From the IMG/VR virus record IMGVR_UViG_3300026201_000006, positions 1-64,000 of that record: a stretch of 64,000 bases of DNA. One strand, 5' to 3'. A model generated the notes under the pieces. It saw nothing but the letters and a program-made list of their open reading frames with translations, made no database searches and was not told where the DNA came from. Both the position numbers and the translations under genes were made by a program. Of the stretch, positions 48,512 to 58,600 are shown one piece after another (positions within the stretch are counted from its first letter, which is position 1; every line of letters begins with the position of its first letter). The stretch is from an uncultured virus (IMG/VR IMGVR_UViG_3300026201_000006) (Duplodnaviria > Heunggongvirae > Uroviricota > Caudoviricetes).

Positions 48512-50122
48512 ATGGCAGGCACAGTCATTATCACAAAATATAGTTTAGCGTCTGGCAATCCGGCAACAGATGCTCTGGCGGTAGGTGAACAAGCTTATTC
48601 ATTTAGCTCAGATAAACTTTTTATAGGTGAAACTTCAGGCTCAGATGTAGTAGCAAGAGTCATCGGTGGACAACACTTCACCGATATGATGGACCACACT
48701 GCAGGAACGCTAACCGCGTCATCTGCAATTATAGTAGACGCGAATTCAAAAATTGATGTATTAAATGTTGATAACCTAACATTAAATGGTAATGCCATTA
48801 CATCAACAGATACAAACGGTGATATTACAATTACACCAAACGGATCTGGTAATGTCATTATCGATGGTTTATCACATCCAACAGCGGATGGTTCAGCTGG
48901 GCAATTCTTAAAAACAGACGGTTCAGGTAATCTATCATTTGGTACCGTTGTAAGTACATTAAGTATAGCAGCTGATTCAGGTTCAAATGATTCAGTAAGT
49001 ACTGGTGAAACAATAACATATACTGGTGGTACAGGTATTGATACTGCAGTATCAGATAATGAAATTACAATCACTCTTAATATTCCTAATACTTCTATTG
49101 CTAATGCTAAACTAGTAAATGATGGTATAACAATTGGTAGTGATGATACATCTCTAGGCGACACAATTACAGACTTAAATGGATTAACCTCTGTTGATGT
49201 TGATAACTTAACATTAGATGGCAATACATTATCATCAACAGATAACAATGGAAATATTGCACTTGCACCAAATGGTACAGGTTCAGTAACGGTTCCTTCA
49301 GGTTATGAAGGTCGTGCTGGATTTACTTCAGATTCACTTGTTAATAAAACATATGTTGATAGTGTTGCAAACGGATTAGATGTTAAAAAATCTGTTAAGG
49401 TTGCAACAACTGCTAACTTAGGTGCAACTTATGTAAATACTGCACCAAGCACACTAACTAACTCAGGATCACAAGCTGCTATTCAAATTGACGGCGTAAC
49501 TCTAAGTGTTAATGATAGAGTTCTTGTTAAAGATCAGTCAACTGCAGCACAAAACGGTTTCTATAAGGTTACAACTGTTGGTGATGGTTCATCAAATTGG
49601 GTACTAACAAGAACACCAGATGCTGATGCTGCTTCTGAATTAACTTCAGGCGCATTTACTTTCTGTGAAGAAGGTACTGCGAATGCTGATAATGGTTATG
49701 TATTAAGTACAAACGGTGCTATCACACTAGGTTCAACAGCAATAAACTTTGAACAATTCTCTGGTGCTGGTCAAATAGCAGCAGGAAATGGTTTAACTAA
49801 GAATGGTAATACGATTGATGTAGTCGGTACGGCAGATAAAATTACTGTAAGTGCTGATGCGATTACTATTGCAAATACATATGCTGGTCAAAATACAATA
49901 ACAACACTTGGTACTATTGCTACAGGTGTTTGGCAAGGTACAGATGTTGCAGTAGCACATGGTGGTACAGGATTAAGTGCATTTACATCCAACGGTGTAC
50001 TCATAGCCAACACTGGTGGTACAGCTCTAGAATTTGAGACAGGTACTCAATACCAAGTTATGGGATTCAACTCATCAGGTGTCCCAACCGCTACATCAAC
50101 AATTGATGGCGGAACGTTTTAA
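48512..50122 (+). CDS. Tail fibre protein
   Basis: Thr/Gly-rich; DRVLVKDQS.AAQNG; C-terminal IDGGTF. Confidence 0.75.
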   Translation: MAGTVIITKYSLASGNPATDALAVGEQAYSFSSDKLFIGETSGSDVVARVIGGQHFTDMMDHTAGTLTASSAIIVDANSKIDVLNVDNLTLNGNAITSTDTNGDITITPNGSGNVIIDGLSHPTADGSAGQFLKTDGSGNLSFGTVVSTLSIAADSGSNDSVSTGETITYTGGTGIDTAVSDNEITITLNIPNTSIANAKLVNDGITIGSDDTSLGDTITDLNGLTSVDVDNLTLDGNTLSSTDNNGNIALAPNGTGSVTVPSGYEGRAGFTSDSLVNKTYVDSVANGLDVKKSVKVATTANLGATYVNTAPSTLTNSGSQAAIQIDGVTLSVNDRVLVKDQSTAAQNGFYKVTTVGDGSSNWVLTRTPDADAASELTSGAFTFCEEGTANADNGYVLSTNGAITLGSTAINFEQFSGAGQIAAGNGLTKNGNTIDVVGTADKITVSADAITIANTYAGQNTITTLGTIATGVWQGTDVAVAHGGTGLSAFTSNGVLIANTGGTALEFETGTQYQVMGFNSSGVPTATSTIDGGTF

Positions 50123-50161
50123 TTAAGATATATATATATATAGTATAAAGAGGAAATAACT

Positions 50162-51142
50162 ATGGCAAAACCTTTAAAGTGGAATGGATCAAGCTCGTTA
50201 AAAGAGATGTCATCTGCAGAAATTGATGACAATGTAGATCTAATTCTAGACCATTTTTCTGGAATGACTTCTAATAATACTGGTCACCTTGCTATGAATG
50301 CAGAATCAGGTTGGACAGACATTGGTACATTCGCAGATACAAGACGTGATCAAGCTGTTGGTACTCACCCAGCTAACACAACTATTCATACAGATAACTA
50401 TGTCTTTAGACAAAACCTAACTGATGTTACTCCTACTCCAACAAGGAGACCAATGTCGGTTAAATATGATTCTGGTTCTTATGATGGTATTATCGAAATG
50501 ACAGATGCTGAAATGAGAGCTGATATTATTGACAGAGTTAATGCTAAAATTGCTGCTGGTGGTGTAGGTTCATATGTATTACAACCAAGTGCTCCTGGTA
50601 CAGGTACATGGTCTGAGGTTGCTACTATTAATAATAAGTTTCAATCAGGTGTAAATAACTCTACTAAACTTTGGAAGAGAACAACCGGTTCGAATACAAC
50701 TGCTACACGTCCATTAGCTTGGGATGCAGGTAACAGCAGATTAAGTGAATTATCTGATGCTGAGATTAATGACTTAGTAGAAATATATCAAGAGTCTATT
50801 GTAGATACAGGTATTGGTAAGTATGTACTACAAGCATCTGCTCCTGCTTCAGGAACATGGCAAAGAGTTGGCGATGCTTTCTCTGATACAAGAAAAGAAC
50901 GTACAGATGTATCATACGCTGGTGATTATACTGGTGCTTATGCAGGTGATTATACTGGTAACTATACTGGTTCATATTCAACATTCTACTCAGGACGTCA
51001 GGTAGGTCCATATTCCGGTACATATACTGGCACATATACAGGTTATTACTCTGGCACATATACTGGTAACTATACCGGTGCAACAATTCAATCGTCAAAT
51101 GAAACTGTTTCTACTGTTTCATTGTGGCTAAGGACGGCATAA
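50162..51142 (+). CDS. Virion-associated protein with Y-x-G-x repeats
   Basis: Duplicated N-terminal domain followed by about 13 YTG/YSG/YAG units. Confidence 0.65.
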   Translation: MAKPLKWNGSSSLKEMSSAEIDDNVDLILDHFSGMTSNNTGHLAMNAESGWTDIGTFADTRRDQAVGTHPANTTIHTDNYVFRQNLTDVTPTPTRRPMSVKYDSGSYDGIIEMTDAEMRADIIDRVNAKIAAGGVGSYVLQPSAPGTGTWSEVATINNKFQSGVNNSTKLWKRTTGSNTTATRPLAWDAGNSRLSELSDAEINDLVEIYQESIVDTGIGKYVLQASAPASGTWQRVGDAFSDTRKERTDVSYAGDYTGAYAGDYTGNYTGSYSTFYSGRQVGPYSGTYTGTYTGYYSGTYTGNYTGATIQSSNETVSTVSLWLRTA

Positions 51143-51143
51143 T

Positions 51144-51542
51144 ATGGCAGATCATCATATAATAGTTAACTTCGAAAAAGAAGGAGCTGCATTTAATACA
51201 GCTGATGAAGCAATGGAAGCACATTTTGCTAGTATAGGAAATGGCGATACAATAGCAGATTATAATAGTTATGCTGCTGGATCAGCTGAATCAAGTCCGC
51301 CAACTGGAGTTACATCAACAAGATACTTAACATCTAATGGTGAGCCAGTATCTAGCGGAACTGCAGGTAATGGATACGCTATTAAACAAATATGGACAGA
51401 AGATGTACTTAAAGCAGACATTATAGCAAACGGGTCAACGGATACTTCTGGTTTGCAAACCGGTGGCTGGACAGTTTCATCAAAAGACATTAACCCTGAT
51501 ACAGGAGTAGAACACATAGATGGATGGCATCTTTTGAGTTGA
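51144..51542 (+). CDS. Hypothetical protein
   Basis: Operonic ORF. Confidence 0.6.
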   Translation: MADHHIIVNFEKEGAAFNTADEAMEAHFASIGNGDTIADYNSYAAGSAESSPPTGVTSTRYLTSNGEPVSSGTAGNGYAIKQIWTEDVLKADIIANGSTDTSGLQTGGWTVSSKDINPDTGVEHIDGWHLLS

Positions 51543-51581
51543 TATAAATAATTTTAATAATTTAATATAATGAGGTAAATC

Positions 51582-52037
51582 ATGGCTGTAGAAGGCAGAA
51601 AAATACTTGAGCCGTATTACGCGGACAAGAGTTGTGATATCATCGTATGTAATTTTGAATTTGCAGATGGCACAAATCAAACCGTTTCAGTAAGTAACAC
51701 TCCCGATGGACAAAAAGATAATCCTGATTGGAAGGAGATCTTTAATACGTTCACTCACGAAGAAATTAAAGCCATCACTAAAAAGAAGGCTGAGGCACAT
51801 CACGAAAATCAAGCAGTACGCGCAGCTGAACAAAAAGCCGAAATGGATAAAGCAAAAAATGAAGCTTTATTTGCTGCAAAGGTTGATTCATTTGAAATAC
51901 CAGAAATTAAAGCTTCTAAAAATAGAGCACTCAAATCTAAAGTACGTAAAGCAACAAACATGATTGAGATTATGGCGTACTCCGCTGCTATTATTATAGA
52001 AGAAAATGGTAAGGAAGCAGAAAAACCAAAAGCCTAA
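51582..52037 (+). CDS. Hypothetical protein
   Basis: Late promoter at 51543-51550; GAGGT RBS. Confidence 0.7.
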   Translation: MAVEGRKILEPYYADKSCDIIVCNFEFADGTNQTVSVSNTPDGQKDNPDWKEIFNTFTHEEIKAITKKKAEAHHENQAVRAAEQKAEMDKAKNEALFAAKVDSFEIPEIKASKNRALKSKVRKATNMIEIMAYSAAIIIEENGKEAEKPKA

Positions 52038-52725
52038 CGGTTTTATAATTGTAGCAAGTCAGTTTTATGAGTATTATGAGGCAGCTCATATGCTTATTGA
52101 CTCCTTATTAGATTATATGCCAGAGGCAAATATAGCCTTATTCGCTCATGAACAATGGACAAAATCTGATCCACGCTGTGATGATCTCTATATGGTTGAT
52201 GATTGTCCTAATCATGTTCGAGCCAAGTTGGCTTGCCTCTCTAAAACCCCATTTGATAAAACTGTATACTTAGATGCTGATACATTTGTGCAACATGAAG
52301 ATGTATCTAAGATGTTTGACTTCGATTCCGATTTAGTATTTACTAACATAAGACCATACGCAGGTAAGATAGCTAAATTTATTGGAGGTGAAATGGTTCT
52401 TCATGGTGGTGTATTCGGTTATAAGTCAACACCACGTGTATTAGAATTTATGGATGACTGGTGGAAATACTATAATAAACAACGTGATGGCTCTTGGTGG
52501 CCCGAAGGTGTACAACCAAAAGAGAGATTAGTAAATTGGGATCAATTAACATTATGGTGGTTAACTGAAAATACGTATTCTGATTTAGATATAAGTATAT
52601 ACGAAGATGATGCAAGATGGAATTTTGTTTACATATATAAAGAAGATGAATGCAAAGGACCAATAGTAGTATGGCATTATACATTACCATTAAAAAAACC
52701 AGCAGATGCGCGAAGTATTAATTAA
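52006..52725 (+). CDS. GT-A glycosyltransferase (GT8-like)
   Basis: TVYLDADT, GGVF, WDQ, RWN, WHY. Confidence 0.8.
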   Translation: MVRKQKNQKPNGFIIVASQFYEYYEAAHMLIDSLLDYMPEANIALFAHEQWTKSDPRCDDLYMVDDCPNHVRAKLACLSKTPFDKTVYLDADTFVQHEDVSKMFDFDSDLVFTNIRPYAGKIAKFIGGEMVLHGGVFGYKSTPRVLEFMDDWWKYYNKQRDGSWWPEGVQPKERLVNWDQLTLWWLTENTYSDLDISIYEDDARWNFVYIYKEDECKGPIVVWHYTLPLKKPADARSIN

Positions 52726-53332
52726 AAATAAAGAGATATTAGAAAGACTTGATGGGTTTATTGATACTATTAATAGTATGGATATAGGATACATCCAGCG
52801 CCGAATAAAACAACGTGGTGATAAACATAAACACTATGCAACATCCAAAGAATATTTAAATTATATTCTTGAGAAAACTAAGAAAAAAGAATTTAGAGGT
52901 CCGCCTGAAATAGCGAAGTTATTTGATTTATGTAATAATTATAATATAGCAAAAGACTGGCAGGATTTAATGAAAGATGTAAGCTTTACTTTTGCACAGG
53001 AATTAGGTGCACAACAAAATGCATTATTCTGCTATTATCCTGAAGATGGATATATAGGTTGGCATGATAATCGTGATGCTCCAGGTTATACAGTATTATT
53101 TAATTGGAGTAAAGGCGGTGATGCCTTTTATAGATATCGTGATTGGAAAACTGGTAAGATACATACTATTAAAGATAGACCAGGCTGGACTTGCAAAACT
53201 GGTTGGTATGGACCAGGTCAAGAATCAACATTTCATTGTGCTATGACTAATGAACCAAGATGGAGTATAGCATTCTATATGCGTAATGAAACAATGAGAG
53301 ATCAACTCGTAGAAGAAATAGAAAGTGAATAA
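52706..53332 (+). CDS. 2OG-Fe(II) oxygenase-like (DSBH) protein
   Basis: YIGWHDN...FHCA...RWSIAF. Confidence 0.7.
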   Translation: MREVLIKNKEILERLDGFIDTINSMDIGYIQRRIKQRGDKHKHYATSKEYLNYILEKTKKKEFRGPPEIAKLFDLCNNYNIAKDWQDLMKDVSFTFAQELGAQQNALFCYYPEDGYIGWHDNRDAPGYTVLFNWSKGGDAFYRYRDWKTGKIHTIKDRPGWTCKTGWYGPGQESTFHCAMTNEPRWSIAFYMRNETMRDQLVEEIESE

Positions 53333-54647
53333 AAATAAATTTATAAAATGGTGTGAAGAGAATGCACATAAGTTTGTAGTCATATCATATCAGGGTGGAG
53401 CAGGTGGTGAAGGTTTATGTAATTGGTTAACACAAGAGACCGATTTATTTTTTAATAAAGAAGTTATTAAAATGTCTTATGACCAAAACTTAATACCTGA
53501 AAATCTTATGGCTATGATTGATGGCTCAAAAGGTAATGATGTTGCATTAAATCCTAGTTCACATAGGCAAAAAACCTTTTTTGATTTTTTGTTTGCAGAT
53601 GTATTTGTACTTGACGGTGTTGATAATCTTTATACTTCTCATTGTTGGGTACCAGAGTATGAGAATATACCTATAATACCTGAAGAGACTCTTGAAAATC
53701 CATTTGGATTATTATACGATCATATAAAAAATAGAGAAGATCCAGATAGTGAAAGACCACAAATTATGGATGATGCATTATCTGAAATACGAGATGCATT
53801 TGCAAATCAAGATAAACCGTATCTAATACGAACACACGGAATTACTCCTCTTACAATGTGTTGGGGTCCAAAAGGAAAATATTTTTCTATTAGTGGCGGT
53901 GACTATCAAGAATACATTCAAATGTTAGAAACTATGAAAGTATACCTTCAACCTGAATGGGAATATGAACGTAAGCTAGAAGCAATTCGTGTTGCTGATT
54001 GGAGATATCAAAAAGGAATTACTGGTATTTGGGGCGAGAAAAGTAATGCGTATTATCTTGAAAAAGATTGGGAACCAGAATATACTACTGAAGAAAATAT
54101 AGATAGATATTGTAGGTACCTTGCTCCAATTTTAGATGATGATACTATTCCCCTGTATTATAGGACTTTAGATATAATAGGTCAGCATAATAACTTTGGT
54201 GTAAACATAGAACAAATGGATTGTATCACATTAAATAATATAGTTTATGGTGTTATGGTATCTAAATTTTGGCCGAGGATATCAATATCATATTTTAAGA
54301 ATGATGAAGTTAATGTAAAAAGACTTGAGATGAAAGAACAAGATTTAGAAAAAGTTCATAAAGCAATGGGCGATAAAATAAGTCCACACGATATGAATTG
54401 GCCAGATTCTGATAGAGCAAGAAGAGTCACTATTGATTTTTGGGAAAAGAATCATAAGGTTCGAGATCACATGGGAATAATACAAGTAACATTTGATAAG
54501 TTATATAACCCAGATTATTTAATAAATAATGGTATAGATATTGATCCAGATAATTATATTATGTATTGGAATAACTGGCATGATAAAAGTTTAAAAGCAT
54601 TAGCAAAAGTAAAATTATTTCCAAGGAGAGTACCATTAACATTGTAA
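53325..54647 (+). CDS. Hypothetical protein, possibly sulfotransferase/P-loop-like
   Basis: N-terminal ISYQGGAGGE; LIRTH. Confidence 0.45.
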   Translation: MNKNKFIKWCEENAHKFVVISYQGGAGGEGLCNWLTQETDLFFNKEVIKMSYDQNLIPENLMAMIDGSKGNDVALNPSSHRQKTFFDFLFADVFVLDGVDNLYTSHCWVPEYENIPIIPEETLENPFGLLYDHIKNREDPDSERPQIMDDALSEIRDAFANQDKPYLIRTHGITPLTMCWGPKGKYFSISGGDYQEYIQMLETMKVYLQPEWEYERKLEAIRVADWRYQKGITGIWGEKSNAYYLEKDWEPEYTTEENIDRYCRYLAPILDDDTIPLYYRTLDIIGQHNNFGVNIEQMDCITLNNIVYGVMVSKFWPRISISYFKNDEVNVKRLEMKEQDLEKVHKAMGDKISPHDMNWPDSDRARRVTIDFWEKNHKVRDHMGIIQVTFDKLYNPDYLINNGIDIDPDNYIMYWNNWHDKSLKALAKVKLFPRRVPLTL

Positions 54648-55306
54648 CAGTAAAATGGGGTGACAAATATAGTGCCGATGATGTCAATAAGCTATATTAT
54701 AGTATTCGAAATCAATTGCAATGGGGTGAACACGAGAACTCTATACAATTCTATTGTTATACCGATGATTCAATAGGGTTACATCCACATATTCATTGGA
54801 TACCGTTGATTGATATGGATCTGCACGGTGTATGGAATAAGCTTATGTTGTTTAAGCCTGGCATATTACCTGAAGGTAAATGGTTATATCTAGACTTAGA
54901 TGTTGTTATACAAGGTAGATTAGATGAAATCTATATGGCACACGAGTTTACAATGGTTAAATGTTATTGGAAACCTATAGAACAATTAAGATCTGATTGG
55001 GTATTCGAAGGTCGAACAATAAGAGATCATGATATAAACTCAAGTGTAATGGTATTTTGGAATGATGAGAACTATCATATATGGGAACATTTCTGGGAAA
55101 ATCCCGATGACTATATGATAACCTATCCTGGAATAGATGGCTTTATATATTGTGAAGGCTTTGCTCCTTCTAATTACTGGAAGCAAGGAAGAATCTATTC
55201 AAGATACTATGGGATTAAAGAAGAGTCTTGGTATAACCCTCCCGATGAGCCTTATTTTTTAGAAAGCGCTGCAATCTGTTTGCTTAACGGACAAGGCGGA
55301 TTATAA
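54635..55306 (+). CDS. GT-A glycosyltransferase with non-canonical start
   Basis: VKWGDKY..DDVNKLY, WNKLMLF, YLDLDVVI, NSSVM. The family N-terminus extends upstream of the track start. Confidence 0.8.
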   Translation: MNIVTVKWGDKYSADDVNKLYYSIRNQLQWGEHENSIQFYCYTDDSIGLHPHIHWIPLIDMDLHGVWNKLMLFKPGILPEGKWLYLDLDVVIQGRLDEIYMAHEFTMVKCYWKPIEQLRSDWVFEGRTIRDHDINSSVMVFWNDENYHIWEHFWENPDDYMITYPGIDGFIYCEGFAPSNYWKQGRIYSRYYGIKEESWYNPPDEPYFLESAAICLLNGQGGL

Positions 55307-55395
55307 ATAAAGGTATATACAGCTGAATATTCGGTTGTTATAAATAAGAACATAGTGGTTATATAATCACTACATTACAATTTGAGCACATAGAT

Positions 55396-55662
55396 ATGGC
55401 AGGAACAATAGTAAAAATCAAGCAATCGGCGGTTGCTGGTAAGAAACCATCAGCAAGCGACCTCCAGCAAGGCGAGTTAGCCCTTAACACAGCCGACCAT
55501 GCATTGTATTCAAAAGACGGAAATGGAAATATCTTTCAAGTGACAACACAACAGGTATTTGATATGGGTGATTCTAACGGCGATGTTTTTATTGATGCAG
55601 GAACTTCTGGAGAAGCATTAATGGCATCACCTTTTAACAGCTATGATGGCGGGGGAGCGTAA
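55396..55662 (+). CDS. Small tail fibre adaptor-like protein
   Basis: P...L..GELALNTAD..LY.K; late promoters at 55302 and 55339. Confidence 0.65.
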   Translation: MAGTIVKIKQSAVAGKKPSASDLQQGELALNTADHALYSKDGNGNIFQVTTQQVFDMGDSNGDVFIDAGTSGEALMASPFNSYDGGGA

Positions 55663-55666
55663 CTAA

Positions 55667-58600
55667 ATGGCAGGAACAATATTTAAGATAAGAAGAGATA
55701 CAGCGGCCAATTGGTCGTCTAATAACCCAACCCTTGCCGCTGGTGAGATGGGGCTTGACCAAACTAATAACTTTATTAAAATGGGTGATGGTTCAACTGC
55801 TTGGAATTCATTACCACAATTCACACAAAATATTGAGAATGTAGAGGATTTAGTAGGTGCAATGGTCACCTCAAATACTGAAACATTTATCTCAGTAACC
55901 TATGATGACTCAGATGGAACACTTGATTTTGTAGTTCCAGTATTAGATGAAGACGATTTATCAACAGATTCAGCAACACATTTAGCTACACAACAATCAA
56001 TTAAAGCTTATGTGGATGCACAAGTAACTGCCCAAGACCTAGATTTTCAAGGTGATTCAGGTGGTGCATTAAGCATTGACCTAGATTCAGAGTCACTTAC
56101 AATCGCAGGTGGTACAGGTATCGACACTGTAGGTAGTGGTAATAGCATTACTGCCTCTATTGATTCCACTGTTACAACATTAACGGGCTCCCAAACATTA
56201 ACAAATAAAACATTAACAAGTCCAGTATTAAATACAGGAATTTCTGGTACTGCAATTAAAGATGAAGATGATATGGCTAGTGATTCAGCTACTCATCTTG
56301 CTACGCAGCAATCAATTAAAGCATATGTTGATGCTCAAGTAGATACAGCCGATGCATTAAGTGAATTAGCCGATACAACTATAACATCTCCAGCAGATGG
56401 TTCAATGTTATTATATGACACTGGTAATTCTGTTTGGATTGATAATGTCATGTCAGGCGATGCTACTCTAGCTGATACAGGTGCAATTACTCTTGCTACA
56501 GTTAATTCAAACGTAGGTTCATTTGGTTCTACAACAGCAATTCCAGTTATTACGGTTAATGCTAAAGGTTTAATTACAGCAGCGAGTACTGCGTCTATTA
56601 CAACATCATTAACGGTTGGAGCTGATTCAGGTTCTGATGATACAGTAGCTCTTGCCACTGATACATTAAACTTTACTGGTGGAACAGGTATTGATACAAC
56701 AGTATCTGATAATGACATCTCGATTGCTATTGATTCTACTGTTGCTACATTAACAGGTACACAAACATTAACGAATAAAACACTAACCAATCCTACTATT
56801 GCTAGTATTAATGGAAACGTTACGATTGGTGGTAACTTAACAGTATCAGGAACACAAACAACTGTTTCATCGACTACTGTTAATGTTGCAGATCCAATGT
56901 TATCATTAGCTACAAATAATGATTCTGCAGATGCAGTTGACATAGGTTTCTATGGTTTATATGATACAAGCGGTTCACAAGATTTATACTCAGGTCTATT
57001 TAGAGATGCATCAGATTCTGGTAAGTGGAAACTATATAAGGATTCACAAGCCGAACCAACTACTACAGTTAATGTAAGTGCTACTGGCCATACGACTGGT
57101 ACATTAGTTGCTAACCTTGAAGGTAATGTAACTGGTGATTTAACGGGTGATGTTACAGGTGATGTAACAGGAAATGTATCTGGTACAGCAGCTACAGTTA
57201 CAGGTGCTGCACAAACTGCTATTACTTCATTAGGTACATTAACAGCGTTAGATGTTGATAATATTAACATTAATGGAAATACTATTTCATCTACTGCGGG
57301 TACAGATTTAAATATTACTCCACTCGCTGGACAACAAATTGTATTAGATGGTGCAATTAATGTTGATGCAGGTGTAGTTACGGGTGCTACAAGTATTACA
57401 TCAACAGCATTTGTTGGTGATTTAACAGGTGATGTAACAGGTGACGTAACTGGAAATGCAGATACAGCAACTACATTAGCAACTGCAAGAACAATTGCGG
57501 GTCAAAGCTTTAATGGTTCTGCTGATATTACAATTGCTTCAACTGATTTATCTAATACGAGTGCTATTACTTTAAATACAGCTTCACAAACATTAACAAA
57601 TAAAACATTAACTTCACCTGTTCTAAATACAGGAGTAAGTGGTACAGCTATATTAGATGAAGATGATATGTCTAGTGATTCTGCTACTCAACTAGCAACA
57701 CAGCAATCAATTAAAGCTTATGTAGACTCTCAAGTTACTGCTCAAGACTTAGACTTTGCTGCCGACAGCGGTGGTTCATTATCAATTGATTTAGATAGTG
57801 AAGCATTAACATTTACTGGTGGTACAGGTATTGATACATCAGGCTCTGGAAACGCTGTTACATTTGCTATCGACTCAACAGTTACTACATTAACAGGCAC
57901 ACAGACATTAACTAATAAGACATTAACTAGTCCAACAGTAACTTCACCAGTATTAAATACGGGTGTTAGTGGTTCAGCAGTTAAAGATGAAGATGATATG
58001 TCATCAAATAGTGCTACTCATCTTGCTACTCAACAATCTATTAAGGCATATGTTGATGCACAAACTACAGACGAAACTGCTGAGGGTTCAAATAACTTAT
58101 ACTACACAGAGGAAAGAGTTGATGATCGTGTAAGTGCATTGATTGTTGGTGGTACAAACGTAACTGCAACATATGATGATGCTAATAATAGATTAACAAT
58201 ATCAGCAACAACGGGTGCAAGTGGTTATGATCTAGCTGCTAACGATACAGATGACCTTAGTGAAGGTTCAGCTAACTTATACTTCACAGACGAGAGAGCA
58301 CAAGATGCTGCAGGTGCTCAAATTGCTACTAATGGTTCACACACAAATATCACAGCAACATATGATGATAATGGTGATGGTGCAATAGATCTATCAATTA
58401 CAGATGCTGTTATTAGAGGTAAGGTAAGTGTTACCGATGCTGGTGGTGATGGTTCATTAGCTTATAATAATTCTACCGGTGTAATAACTTATACTGGTCC
58501 AAGTGCTGCAGAAGCCAGAGCACATATTAGTGTTACTGATTCTGGAGGTGATGGTTCATTAGCTTACAATAATTCTACTGGTGTTATTACATATACAGGG

